From sequence record ON529858.1: a DNA stretch of 64,000 nucleotides. One strand, given 5' to 3'. The notes beneath the pieces are model-generated. The model made no database searches and had not been told where the DNA came from. It saw only the letters and a program-made list of their open reading frames with translations. Below are positions 1-9,753 of this stretch, in pieces. The position numbers and the translations under genes were made by a program. Numbering within the stretch: position 1 is the first letter of the stretch; the number at the start of each line of letters is the position of its first letter.

Positions 1-25
1 TAACGCCATCTAAGGAGAAACCCAA

Positions 26-442
26 ATGGCTTCCGTTATCTACGACTCGTTCATGCAAGACCTCGCCACGGCGGGCCTGAACATGGACACCGACACCTTC
101 AAGGTCGCCCTGGTCACTTCGGCCTACGTCGCCGACAAGGGCCTGCACGACCGCTTCAACGACATCACCGGCGAAGTGGTCGGCACCGGATACACGCAAT
201 CCGGACAGGTCTCGGACGGCACGCTGACGCTCGACACGGCGCTGCACCGCCTGGACATCACGTTCGGCAACGTGACGTGGGCCGGCTCGACGCTGACCGC
301 GCGCGGTTGCGTCATCTACAAGGTCGGCGCCACGCCGGCCCTGAGCCCGCTGGTCGCCTACGTCGACTTCGGCCAGAACGTCTCGTCGACGTCGGCTGCG
401 TTCGCCGTGACCTTCTCGTCGGCTCTGCGCCTGCAAAACTAA
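26..442 (+). CDS. Putative virion structural protein (138 aa)
   Basis: AGGAG ribosome-binding site at ~12-16; phage-like codon usage; beta-rich sequence (FKVALVTSAY, ITFGNVTW, ARGCVIYK, LVAYVDFG) typical of small phage structural proteins. Confidence 0.7.
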   Translation: MASVIYDSFMQDLATAGLNMDTDTFKVALVTSAYVADKGLHDRFNDITGEVVGTGYTQSGQVSDGTLTLDTALHRLDITFGNVTWAGSTLTARGCVIYKVGATPALSPLVAYVDFGQNVSSTSAAFAVTFSSALRLQN

Positions 443-461
443 CGTCGTCGATCTTGACGTT
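441..461 (+). promoter_or_regulatory. Conserved promoter/operator motif AACGTC-N9-GACGTT containing the TTGAC -35 box
   Basis: Perfect 6-bp inverted arms; identical 21-mer at 29131-29151; variants throughout the window. Confidence 0.75.
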
Positions 462-534
462 CAACTAGCGCCGGGCGATACCCTCGCCCGGCGCCCTTGC
501 CTGTTTTCGGGACTCCCCAGCCTTGCCGACTCAA

Positions 535-3500
535 ATGCCGACCACCGGAGTTTACAGCGCCGCCTATACCGGCGCGGTGGAGACGTTTGTCGCGGAAGTC
601 GACGGCGGGATCACCTTTGAACTGTGGGGCGGCGCCGGCGCGGGCGGCTCCTACGGGAACACCGCCAACACCAGGGCCAACCGGCGCGGTGGCAACGGCG
701 GCTTCCAGAAGGGCCTCATTCCTGTCGTCGCCGGCGATGTGATCACCGTCGAAGTCGGGCAAGGCGGTCGCAAGCCCACGGCCTTCAGCCCCACGGTTGG
801 CGGCGGCCCTGGCGGCTGGCCTGATGGCGGCGCAGGCGGCACGTCCACCACCGCCACGATCGCCCTGGGCGGCGGCGGCGGCTCGACGCGCCTCTATAAG
901 AACGGCGTCCTGATGGCGATCGCCGGCGCGGGCGGTGGCGGCACGGGATATTATTTCGGCGGCTCCGGCGGCGGCGCGCTCGGCTCGACGGACGGCTACA
1001 ACACCGCCCAAGCGGCTGAGAACGGCGCGAACTCCACCGGCGGCTCCCAGACGGCGGGTGGCACCACCGGCGGCGCCTCTCTGAAGGGCGCGGATTCGCC
1101 CTCCCCCGCAACGGCGATTGCGACCGCGTCGGCAGGCGGCGGCGGCGGCTATTTCGGCGGCGGTCGCTCCAGCACCAGCGGCGCGCACGGAGGCGGCGGC
1201 GGCGGCTCGAACTTTGCGGCCGAAGCTGTCCTCAACTATGAGAGCCGCATCGCTCTGACGGCTGCGGATACGATCTCCACGCTTCCGCCGGTTTCGGCGA
1301 ATGCGCCCGCCGGCACGGGCATGGGCGGCGTCAGCGCCACCACGATCGCCGGCATCGCGAATGGCGGCGACGGCTACGCCCGACTGGCGTTCACGGCCTC
1401 TGCCCGGACCATGGGTCCGACGGATGTCCTGTCCCTGCCCCCGATCGCGAACGATCAAGTCATCACGGTCACCGCTGCTGGGGTCCTGCAACTGAAGTTG
1501 TGGGGCGCAGGCGGCGCGGGCGGTAGCTATTCGGGGAGCACCGTGACGGCCCGTCGCGGCGGTCCGGGGGCGTTCACGAACGTCTATCTGCGGGTTGCGG
1601 CCGGCGACGTGCTGCGCATCAAGGTCGGCGCCCCCGGTCAAAAGGGAATGCACGACTCCACGCCGATCCGAGGCGGCTCCGCCGCTTATCCGGACGGGGG
1701 CTGGAGCAATCGGTCGGCCGCCAACACCGTCATCCTGTTCGGCGGCGGCGGCGGCTCGACGCAGGTCTTCAAGAACAATGTCCTGGTCGCGGTCGCGGCT
1801 GGCGGTGGCGGCTGCACGGGCTTCTATGCCGGCGGCGCGGGCGGCGCAGACACCGGTCAAGTCGGCATGGACGCCGTGGCGGCGAACGGGACCGGCGGCA
1901 CGCAGAGCGCCGGCGGGCTGAGCGGCGGCGGCTATCTTCAGGGCGGCAACAGCGGCGCAAACACGGCCAGCCAGACGAACGGCGGCTCGGGCGGCGGCGG
2001 CGGCTACTACGGCGGCGGCGCCAACCGAGGCGCGGCGGGCGCGCACGGCGCGGGCGGCGGCGGCTCCAGCTTCCTCGACACGGTCCAGGCCTTGGCCCCG
2101 AGCCAGCGCGTGGGCGGCAACAACACGACCTTCCTCGCGCCGGTAGACGCGGACAAGCCTGCGGGCGTGGGCGATGGCGGTCTCTCGACGGTCCGCTACG
2201 ACACCGTGACCCACGGCGGCCCAGGCTACGCCAAGATCAGCTACATCGACGAACTCACGACCCTCGGAGACGTCCGGACGATCAACTTCACGGGCGAGGC
2301 GAAGTCGTTCTACTGCTCGACGTCCGGCGTGATCGACTTCAAGTCCTGGGGCGCGGGCGGCGGCGGCGGCATCAGCCTCGTCGAAGCGGCGGGCTCGCGG
2401 GCGGGCGCGGGCGCTCACACCAAGGGCCTTGTCCCGGTCGAGGCCGGCGACGTCATCAAGGTCGAAGTCGGCGGCGGCGGCAAGAGGGTCGTGGACCTCG
2501 CAACTCAGGCGATGGGCGGCTGGCCCGACGGCGGAACCGGCGCGCGCGGCGCAAACTCGGGTGCTGAAAACTATGCGGGCGGCGGCGGCGGCGGCTCGAC
2601 CCGCGTCTATAAGAACGGCGTCCTGATCGCGGTAGCGGGCGCGGGCGGCGGCGGCGATCGCGGCGCGGCCGGCTCGGGCGGCGCCCTGGTCGGGTATGAC
2701 GGCCGCAACTCCGGCGGCGGCGTCGCCTCGACGGGCGGCTCCCAGACGGCGGGCGGCTCGCTCGCGGGCGGCTTCCTCCAGGGCGGCAACTCCGTCCACA
2801 ACACGTCGCTGGGCGGCGGTGGCGGCGGTGGCGGCTACTATGGCGGCGGCGCGTCCGGCCAAGCGGTCTGCCCCGGCGGCGGCGGCTCCAGTTGGTTCAA
2901 CGGGTCCTATGTCATCGCGGGAAGTCGCCTAGGCGGCAACAGCGGCAACACCGGCGAGGCCGGCGGGTCGAATGACGTCCACTATCCGGGAGCCCCGATC
3001 GCACAAGGCGGCCTGACCCAGCGCGCCAGCGCGGGAGCCCTCACCGATGGCGGCAACGGCTATGTGCGCCTCGAACTGAAGGACGAGTCCGCCATCGGCT
3101 CGGCGCCCCTGCCAGTCGCGGCGGACGGCACGGAAAAGACCGTCACGGTCACCACGTCCGGCGTGATGTCGGTCGTCCTCTGGGGCGGTGGCGGCGGCGG
3201 CTCCAAGCTGTTCAACGGGAGCGCTCCGCTCACCGGCGCCGGCGCGGGCTTCACCAAGATCAACTTCGGCGTCGTGCCGGGCGACGTCATCAAGTTCAGC
3301 GTCGGCCTGGGCGGCAAGCGCGGCGTCAACGCCGGCGGCACCACCGGCGGCGGCGGCCTGGGCGGTTGGCCTGATGGCGGCGCCGGCGGCGCGCCGGGCA
3401 ACGCTGACTTCGGCTGCGCCGGCGGCGGCGGCGGCTCGCGGGTCTACAAGAACGGCGTCCTCATGGGCGTCGCGGGCGGCGGTGGCGGTTCGGGCGGCTA

Positions 3501-6500
3501 CAGCCCTCGCGGTGAAGCGGGCGCGGGTGGCGGCGCGACGGGCGGCGATGGTCCCCACGCGAACGCCGGCACCGGCGGTTCGCAGACGGCGGGCGGCTTC
3601 AACAAGACGGCTCCGAGCAACGTCGCCTACCAGGGCGCGGCGCTCCAGGGCGGCAAGGGCTCGCCCGGCGTCGCCACGACTCCGAGCGCGGGTGCAGGCG
3701 GTGGCGGCGGCGGGGGCTACTTCGGCGGCGGCGGGGGCGGCTTCGACTCCGGCTCGGGCGGCATCTATCCCGGCGGCGGCGGCGGCTCGGGCTACATCAA
3801 CACGCTCGCCGGCGCGACCGGCACGACCACGGCCGGAACCGGCACCGGCGGCGCGGCGGCGGGAACCTCCGATCCTCTCTACCCTGGCGGTGGCGAAGGC
3901 GTCGGCGGCGTCGGCGACGTCTCCGTCATGACGAACGTCAAGGACGGCGGCAACGGCGCCATCACCTACTACGTCACGCCCACGACGGGCGGCGACATCG
4001 GCACCGTCACTCTGACCTCTCCGACGGGCACGGCGCTGCGCCAGGGCGCGGAAGTCCGTTACGATTTCTCGGGCGCGGCTCAGACCGTCGTTGTGCCTGC
4101 AACCGGCACGGCTGTGGTCAAGGCCTGGGCCGGCGGCGGGGGCGGCGGCTACAATCAGAAGGGCGCGGCGACCAACGGCGCCGGAGCCTCCGGCGGCTTC
4201 ATCACGGCGCAGCTTCAGGTCGATGCCGGCGACGTCATCAAGGTCGAAGTCGGCGGCGGCGGCCTGGGCGGACGCACGAGCGCGGCGCTAGGCGGCTGGC
4301 CCGACGGCGGTTCCGGGCAATACGGCGGCGCCTCCGGTTCGGAGCAATATGGCGGCGGCGGCGGCGGCGGATCGACCCGCGTCTACGTCAACGATGTCCT
4401 GCAACTGGTCGCGGGCGCAGCCGGCGGCGGCTTTGGTCCGCAAGCCGCGACTCCCGGCATCGGCTGGGCGGGTCCCGGCGGCGGCCTCACCGGCGGTGAT
4501 GGACGCGGAGCCTATGGCGTCTTCTCTCGCGGCGGCACTCAGATCGCCGGCGGCAATAACGGCTTTGACGGGCCGGGTAGCGCGCTGCAAGGCGGCTCGG
4601 TCACGACCTCGGCCGGCGGCGGCGGCGGCGGCGGCTGGTTCGGCGGCTCGGGCGGAGCCAATGCCAGCGGCGTCACGGGCGGCGCGGGCGGCGGCGGCGG
4701 CTCTTCGTGGGCCGGCGGCTCTCGCGTCATCCCTGGCTCGGTCACCACCCTGTCGGGTTCGATCGACGCCGGACCGGCGGGCGGCTCGACCGATTCCAAG
4801 TATCAAAGCCCGGTCGGCAAGGGTGGTCTCAACCGCTCCACCGCTCCGTCCGACGCCGGGTCTCCCGGACAGGTTCACATCTACTTCGACGGTCTGGCCC
4901 CGGCGAACGCCAGCGGGGCAACCGGGGGCACGATCAGCCTGACCGTCCCCACGGTCTCGACGGGCGTGCCCGCTAATGCCGTGGCACCGACCCAGGCGAT
5001 CGCACTGACGGCTCCGGCCGGCGGCGTGCTGGTCGGCCTTCCGAGGGGTCCTGTCGGCACGATCACCTTCTTCGGCGATCTCACCGGCGAAGCGACGATC
5101 CTCGCCTCGGCCACGCCGGCGATCCCCGGCCTGGAGTTGCGCGCCGAACTCGGCGGTCAGGGCACGATCGAAGCGGTCACCCTGGTTCCGCTGACCGACA
5201 ACGACCTCGCGTGGACGTCGGTGATCTCGGCAACCCTGGTGGGCGAAGTCGACTACAAGAACACGGGCGTCTCGATCATCCGCCTGACGCCGCCGCGCTT
5301 CTACCTGCCCGGCGTCGCCCCAGGCGATCCCTTCGACAACGATCTCGTCTTCAACGCGCCCCAAGGTTTCGGGCAAGAGGGCGTAGACGTCTACGCGGCC
5401 TTCTCGTCTGTCATCGCCCTGACGGCGCCCGGCGGCGACCCGCACGCGGGCGCGCTGGCGCGCAACAACCTCCCGGCCTGGAGCGCGGGCGCACCGGGAC
5501 CCTACACCGCCGCCATCAGCCTCCAACCGCTGCTCGGGGCGACGGCGGGCGGCGACGCCCTGGCCGCCAACGTCACGCCGGTGATCCTCGACCTGACCCC
5601 TCCGGGAGTCGTCGCATCCGGCATCACGATCGACGCTCCGGCCGTCTTCGACAGCCTGATCTATCTGACCGCGCCCACCGGCACGGGCGAGCAAGGCGTT
5701 CAGGCTGACGCGGACTTCGATTCCGTCATCGCCCTGACGCCCCCGGTCGGCGATCCTCACGTCATCGGTTATGCGAGCGCGGACTTCGCTTTCCGCACGA
5801 TCACCCTGACGCGCCCGCTGCACATCGTCGAGGGCAACGCCTACCTGAACATCACGGCCGATCCGCCGTTCGTTCGGATCACGCCGCCGCAGGCCCTGAC
5901 CACCTATGGCGCTTCGGTGCTCGCCACTATCCTGCCGGCGCAAATCCGACTGCGCGCCGCCAGCGCCATCGCCAGCGAGGGCAACATCGCCCTGGCTGTC
6001 GGCGGCCTGGAAGACGTGCCGCTCCTGTTCACGCCTCTGGACGGCATCGGAACGATGCAGCCCGAGGTCCGCTTCGACCCCCTCCACTTCCATACGGTGG
6101 ACGGCTACGTCGAAAACGGCGACGACACCCAAGGCCCGCTGCGATTCAAGCGTTCGCGCGACGAAGGCGCTGTTCCGACCCTCTCGGACGGCGAAATCGC
6201 GCTCAATGAGGCTGACGGGGTCCTGTTTAGCCGCAACGGGGCCGGAAATGTGCGCCAAACGCCCTATGGTGCGCTCCAAATGGGCGGTTTTGCCCCTGAA
6301 GGAGGCGTTTCGGGCCATATTTTGGCTGCTGACCGGTCCTGGAAGCCCGCAACGGCCCGATTCGACCGTCCGATCCGGCTGAGTCCGGCTCTGGGCGCCC
6401 TCGTGCCCTTGTCGAACGACCCCGTGGGCGTCGAAACCCGCGTCCTGCCGAACACGCGCACCCACTATCACCCCTTCTTCGTTCCCAAGCAGGTCGGGGT

Positions 6501-6873
6501 CGACCAGTTGGCGATCAACGTGGCTGGCAACACGGGCGCCGCCTACCTTGAGGCCTACATCTGCCGCTGGGACGGTGAAGCGGCCGGCGAACCGATCGTC
6601 ACCGCCGGATTCCTGAGCCCCGGCGCCGGCGTGACCATCAAGCCGGTCTCGGGGACCCTTCAACCGGGCTGGCACGTCGCTGTCGTGACTGTCGCCGCTG
6701 TCGGCGTGCTGCAAATGGTCGTCCACCGCTCGCCGGTGTCCCTCAACGTCGACTTCACCCCCGCCGGCGACCCGTCGGGACCCGCCAACGCCCCCGGAGC
6801 GCCCCTGCTCCCGATCAACGGCCGAAACACCGGCTCCTGGGCGATTTTGTCTGCGAGATTCACCAATGGATGA
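535..6873 (+). CDS. Giant glycine-rich repeat protein (~2112 aa), putative head filament/appendage fibre
   Basis: Five ~260-aa Gly-rich modules (LWGGGG..GG, V..GDVIKVEVG.GG, GGWPDGG, GGGGGSTR.YKNGVL, GGSQTAGG, GGGGGYYGGG), then an I.LT.P repeat stalk and a C-terminal domain. ATG at 535; alternative TTG at 523. Confidence 0.85.
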   Translation: MPTTGVYSAAYTGAVETFVAEVDGGITFELWGGAGAGGSYGNTANTRANRRGGNGGFQKGLIPVVAGDVITVEVGQGGRKPTAFSPTVGGGPGGWPDGGAGGTSTTATIALGGGGGSTRLYKNGVLMAIAGAGGGGTGYYFGGSGGGALGSTDGYNTAQAAENGANSTGGSQTAGGTTGGASLKGADSPSPATAIATASAGGGGGYFGGGRSSTSGAHGGGGGGSNFAAEAVLNYESRIALTAADTISTLPPVSANAPAGTGMGGVSATTIAGIANGGDGYARLAFTASARTMGPTDVLSLPPIANDQVITVTAAGVLQLKLWGAGGAGGSYSGSTVTARRGGPGAFTNVYLRVAAGDVLRIKVGAPGQKGMHDSTPIRGGSAAYPDGGWSNRSAANTVILFGGGGGSTQVFKNNVLVAVAAGGGGCTGFYAGGAGGADTGQVGMDAVAANGTGGTQSAGGLSGGGYLQGGNSGANTASQTNGGSGGGGGYYGGGANRGAAGAHGAGGGGSSFLDTVQALAPSQRVGGNNTTFLAPVDADKPAGVGDGGLSTVRYDTVTHGGPGYAKISYIDELTTLGDVRTINFTGEAKSFYCSTSGVIDFKSWGAGGGGGISLVEAAGSRAGAGAHTKGLVPVEAGDVIKVEVGGGGKRVVDLATQAMGGWPDGGTGARGANSGAENYAGGGGGGSTRVYKNGVLIAVAGAGGGGDRGAAGSGGALVGYDGRNSGGGVASTGGSQTAGGSLAGGFLQGGNSVHNTSLGGGGGGGGYYGGGASGQAVCPGGGGSSWFNGSYVIAGSRLGGNSGNTGEAGGSNDVHYPGAPIAQGGLTQRASAGALTDGGNGYVRLELKDESAIGSAPLPVAADGTEKTVTVTTSGVMSVVLWGGGGGGSKLFNGSAPLTGAGAGFTKINFGVVPGDVIKFSVGLGGKRGVNAGGTTGGGGLGGWPDGGAGGAPGNADFGCAGGGGGSRVYKNGVLMGVAGGGGGSGGYSPRGEAGAGGGATGGDGPHANAGTGGSQTAGGFNKTAPSNVAYQGAALQGGKGSPGVATTPSAGAGGGGGGGYFGGGGGGFDSGSGGIYPGGGGGSGYINTLAGATGTTTAGTGTGGAAAGTSDPLYPGGGEGVGGVGDVSVMTNVKDGGNGAITYYVTPTTGGDIGTVTLTSPTGTALRQGAEVRYDFSGAAQTVVVPATGTAVVKAWAGGGGGGYNQKGAATNGAGASGGFITAQLQVDAGDVIKVEVGGGGLGGRTSAALGGWPDGGSGQYGGASGSEQYGGGGGGGSTRVYVNDVLQLVAGAAGGGFGPQAATPGIGWAGPGGGLTGGDGRGAYGVFSRGGTQIAGGNNGFDGPGSALQGGSVTTSAGGGGGGGWFGGSGGANASGVTGGAGGGGGSSWAGGSRVIPGSVTTLSGSIDAGPAGGSTDSKYQSPVGKGGLNRSTAPSDAGSPGQVHIYFDGLAPANASGATGGTISLTVPTVSTGVPANAVAPTQAIALTAPAGGVLVGLPRGPVGTITFFGDLTGEATILASATPAIPGLELRAELGGQGTIEAVTLVPLTDNDLAWTSVISATLVGEVDYKNTGVSIIRLTPPRFYLPGVAPGDPFDNDLVFNAPQGFGQEGVDVYAAFSSVIALTAPGGDPHAGALARNNLPAWSAGAPGPYTAAISLQPLLGATAGGDALAANVTPVILDLTPPGVVASGITIDAPAVFDSLIYLTAPTGTGEQGVQADADFDSVIALTPPVGDPHVIGYASADFAFRTITLTRPLHIVEGNAYLNITADPPFVRITPPQALTTYGASVLATILPAQIRLRAASAIASEGNIALAVGGLEDVPLLFTPLDGIGTMQPEVRFDPLHFHTVDGYVENGDDTQGPLRFKRSRDEGAVPTLSDGEIALNEADGVLFSRNGAGNVRQTPYGALQMGGFAPEGGVSGHILAADRSWKPATARFDRPIRLSPALGALVPLSNDPVGVETRVLPNTRTHYHPFFVPKQVGVDQLAINVAGNTGAAYLEAYICRWDGEAAGEPIVTAGFLSPGAGVTIKPVSGTLQPGWHVAVVTVAAVGVLQMVVHRSPVSLNVDFTPAGDPSGPANAPGAPLLPINGRNTGSWAILSARFTNG

Positions 6874-7489
6874 CACGATTCGGCTGAAGAACGCCGTCAA
6901 GGCCGCCGATGGCCTCGAACCGGGCGAATATGCGCTAGATGAGGTCGGCGGGATGCTGATTCTCGACCGTGGGGCCGCTTTTGACTTCGATGTCATCCCC
7001 CTGGACGTGATTGCGCTCCCCAAGGTCTCCGCAGAGCCGAAGGCGGACGAAATCGTCGCCTATCGACCCTCGGGGCCAGTCGAAACGGTGCTGACGCTCG
7101 GCGCCGGCGGCCCGCCGCGAGATGCGCGCGACTGGCGCACTCCCGGCTGCACTCCGGTCGGGATCACCACCCAGGTCGCCTCTCTGCGGCTGCAATCCAC
7201 GATCGAGATCACCTCGCCCGCCGCGATCAACGGTCTGCGCCTGTCGCCGACCGCCGTGGACTGCCAGATGACCTTCGGCGTCGAGTCGACCACCGGAGAT
7301 ACCATTTTCGAGGTCCAGGACAACGCCTACGCCGGCGTGCTGGAGACCTTCGTCAACATCGCCCTGGCGCCCGGCCGCTATATCCTTTTCGTCGAGGTCG
7401 AGTTCCCCATCTCCTTCGATGTGGTCACCGCGACGCGACCGTTCGCCGCCGGGGTCCAGAACCACCCGGTCCTCGTGAGATTTGCCTGA
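6866..7489 (+). CDS. Hypothetical virion-associated protein (207 aa), related to the C-terminus of the giant protein
   Basis: Overlaps the upstream stop; LEPGEYALDEVGGMLIL resembles LSDGEIALNEADGVLF in the giant protein. Confidence 0.7.
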   Translation: MDDTIRLKNAVKAADGLEPGEYALDEVGGMLILDRGAAFDFDVIPLDVIALPKVSAEPKADEIVAYRPSGPVETVLTLGAGGPPRDARDWRTPGCTPVGITTQVASLRLQSTIEITSPAAINGLRLSPTAVDCQMTFGVESTTGDTIFEVQDNAYAGVLETFVNIALAPGRYILFVEVEFPISFDVVTATRPFAAGVQNHPVLVRFA

Positions 7490-8268
7490 TGCCTTTGAAG
7501 AACGCACGATCCGACACGCCTGGAGCCCGCGCCAACCTCCTTCCGGGCGAAGTCAAGCACCAACGCGCCGACGATCTTCTGCTGATCCGGGGCAACGGCA
7601 ATCGCAAGCTGGAGATCGACCTGGAGCGCTGGCGCAGCGACGCCGCCCCGGCTGACGGCGTCTCGGGCGCCCCTCTGCTGCGCTCCGGTTCCGGTGTGTC
7701 CTGGGATGCGTCCCTGGCGCCGTCGTGCGAGGTGAACGGCCACACCACCGTCGACGCCGCGCCCGCCGCCTACGGTGTTCCGGGCCTGATGATCACCGGC
7801 CTAGGGACGCCCCTCGACGTGCAGTCCGGGCGCGTCCTGGTCGAGACCTTCTACCTCGCCTCCGACACCATCCACGTCGTGGACCTCGCCATCAACGTCA
7901 CCGAGAACCCCGGCCCGCCGGTCCGGTTCGGTCTGGTCGACTCCACGGGAGAGATCATCTTCGAACAGCGGCTGTCCAACACCGTGCTCGGCCGCAACGC
8001 CGTCGCCGTGAACATGGACATCACCTACGGCACCTACCACCTGATGATCTGGTGCGGGTCTTCCTTCCAGATGTCGCAGGTCCAGGGCGTGCGGATCGAG
8101 CAGGGCATGACGTTCGATGAGCGCACCCCGCAGTTCCTGCGCCGGCGCCAGACGGCCTCGCCCATGGGGACGGCCCTCGCCTACCACGGGATCGAGTTCA
8201 ACGACGTGCTCTCGGCGACGCCTGGAGAGGACCACGCTATCCTCATGTCGTGGGAACTGACGACCTAA
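7489..8268 (+). CDS. Hypothetical virion-associated protein (259 aa), third copy of the same module
   Basis: TGATG coupling; LLPGEVKHQRADDLLLIR and GVSGAPLLRSGSGVSW resemble motifs in the giant protein C-terminus. Confidence 0.7.
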   Translation: MPLKNARSDTPGARANLLPGEVKHQRADDLLLIRGNGNRKLEIDLERWRSDAAPADGVSGAPLLRSGSGVSWDASLAPSCEVNGHTTVDAAPAAYGVPGLMITGLGTPLDVQSGRVLVETFYLASDTIHVVDLAINVTENPGPPVRFGLVDSTGEIIFEQRLSNTVLGRNAVAVNMDITYGTYHLMIWCGSSFQMSQVQGVRIEQGMTFDERTPQFLRRRQTASPMGTALAYHGIEFNDVLSATPGEDHAILMSWELTT

Positions 8269-8269
8269 T

Positions 8270-8310
8270 ACGTCGTCGATCTTGACATCAGGAAAAAGAG
8301 ACGCTATGGT
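8270..8310 (+). promoter_or_regulatory. Sigma70-type promoter with conserved upstream motif
   Basis: ACGTCGTCGATC-TTGACA(8282-8287)-N17-TATGGT(8305-8310). Confidence 0.75.
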
Positions 8311-8334
8311 GGCGTCCTTCATCTGGAACTTCCC

Positions 8335-8703
8335 ATGTCCAATCGCGTCCGCATCTATTCGCCGCTTACCAACGAGCCCTTCGACGTCACCGAAGCGCGC
8401 GCCACGAAGCTGCGTCTGGATCACGGCTGGCTCAGCCAGCCCTACACCGAGACCGGTGACGCGACCGACCTGGGAACCGGGATCGGCGAAGACACCGGAG
8501 TCGTCGACTCCGTCGTCCGTGTGCCCGATTCCGAGAACACGGTGATCGACTGGCGTGACATGGAACAGGTGCAGACCTCGGACGGCCCCGGCCTCCCGGA
8601 TCACACCGAGTCCGAAACGCCGCCGGAAACGGACGTCGAGGAAGAGCCGGCCGCCAAGGGCCGAGGTCGCGGGCGGAAGTCCGCTGAGACCGCCGAGGAC
8701 TAA
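8335..8703 (+). CDS. Hypothetical acidic protein (122 aa)
   Basis: Directly downstream of a promoter; phage-like codon usage; low-complexity acidic C-terminus. Confidence 0.7.
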   Translation: MSNRVRIYSPLTNEPFDVTEARATKLRLDHGWLSQPYTETGDATDLGTGIGEDTGVVDSVVRVPDSENTVIDWRDMEQVQTSDGPGLPDHTESETPPETDVEEEPAAKGRGRGRKSAETAED

Positions 8704-8787
8704 ACCCCTCCTGCGGTGCTCGGCGCCGCTTCTGCACAATCCGACCTTTTCTTTCACCGGCGCGCGGGGCGCGCCTGGAGTCTGACC

Positions 8788-9300
8788 ATGCTCGTTATCA
8801 ATCTCATCGCTGGCCCTGGCGCCGGCAAGAGCACGTCCGCCGGTATCCTGTTCGGGCTGATGAAGATGGCGAATGAGAAGGTCGAACTGGTCCAGGAATA
8901 CGCCAAGGACAAGACCTACGAACAAGACTGGACGGCGCTGGACAACCAGTTTATGTGCGCCGCCCAGCAGGATCAGAGGCTTCGGCGCCTTCTCGGGCAT
9001 GTCGACTTCTGCATCAACGACTCGGCGCTCCCCCTGGGGCTCGCCTACGCCAAGGCTCCGTTCGACAAGCCCTGGTTCACCGACGCTGTCTGGGGTCTCT
9101 ACGACACCTACAGCAACTTCAACGTCTTCATCGAGCGGGTGAAGCCGTTCCAGCAATACGGCCGCGCCCACAACGAGGCGGAGAGCCGGGAGAAGGACGA
9201 AGAACTGAAGGCCATCTTCGCGGGCCGTATCAATCTGACCGTGCCGGGCGACGCCGCCGCCGGGGCAGTGATATACGAAGCGATCAAGAGATTGTCCTAG
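8788..9300 (+). CDS. P-loop NTPase, AAA_28/NadR-type kinase-like (170 aa)
   Basis: GGAG RBS, ATG at 8788; N-terminal VINLIAGPGAGKST Walker A, followed by VELVQEYAKD. Confidence 0.75.
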   Translation: MLVINLIAGPGAGKSTSAGILFGLMKMANEKVELVQEYAKDKTYEQDWTALDNQFMCAAQQDQRLRRLLGHVDFCINDSALPLGLAYAKAPFDKPWFTDAVWGLYDTYSNFNVFIERVKPFQQYGRAHNEAESREKDEELKAIFAGRINLTVPGDAAAGAVIYEAIKRLS

Positions 9301-9320
9301 CCCTCGGGCCGGGACCACAT

Positions 9321-9408
9321 GCGGGTCTGCTGGAGTGGACGAACAGGGCGGTCTCCAAAACCGCTAGGCGAAAGCCTCACAGGGGTTCGAATCCTCTGGC
9401 CCGTGCCA
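9321..9408 (+). tRNA. tRNA-Trp(CCA) with long variable arm
   Basis: Acceptor GCGGGTC/GGCCCGT, G73, CCA; anticodon arm GCGGT-CTCCAAA-ACCGC; variable arm AGGC-GAAA-GCCT. Confidence 0.85.
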
Positions 9409-9415
9409 AAATAAT

Positions 9416-9489
9416 GCGGCCGTAGCCAAGCGGTAAGGCACCGGATTTCCACTCCGGCAGCGCGGGTTCGATCCCCGCTGGCCGCTCCA
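9416..9489 (+). tRNA. tRNA-Gly(TCC)
   Basis: CCGGA-TTTCCAC-TCCGG anticodon arm; GGTTCGAT T-loop; TCCA end. Confidence 0.92.
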
Positions 9490-9616
9490 TCTACACTGAG
9501 GCCAGCCGGGCATTTCATCCTCCGGCTGGGGTAACGAAAAGGCAGTAGCCGGGGTTGTGCCGGCGAACCCGCCCAGAGGCTGGACCTGGGCTCCCTCGGA
9601 CGACGTGCCTACCGAC

Positions 9617-9692
9617 GCGACCATCGTATCATTGGTGAATACACTGCGTTGCCAACGCGGGGAGGGGAGTTCGATTCTCCCTGGTCGCTCCA
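9617..9692 (+). tRNA. tRNA-Gly(GCC)
   Basis: Acceptor GCGACCA/TGGTCGC; CTGCG-TTGCCAA-CGCGG; TCCA end. Confidence 0.9.
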
Positions 9693-9702
9693 TTTTCAAA
9701 AA

Positions 9703-9746
9703 TCTACGTCAAAGTTCTTGACGTAGAGATCAACCGAGTATATAAG
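9703..9746 (+). promoter_or_regulatory. Promoter for the Glu/Asp tRNA block
   Basis: TCTACGTC-N9-GACGTAGA inverted repeat; TTGACG(9718)-N17-TATAAG(9741). Predicted start site coincides with ATG 9754 (leaderless mRNA). Confidence 0.8.
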
Positions 9747-9753
9747 CCATCCT

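Noticed and set aside
439-7023. Long minus-strand ORFs (439-2862, 4288-7023 and others)
   Set aside because: Antisense shadows of the GC-rich glycine-rich gene; no RBS or recognisable domains.
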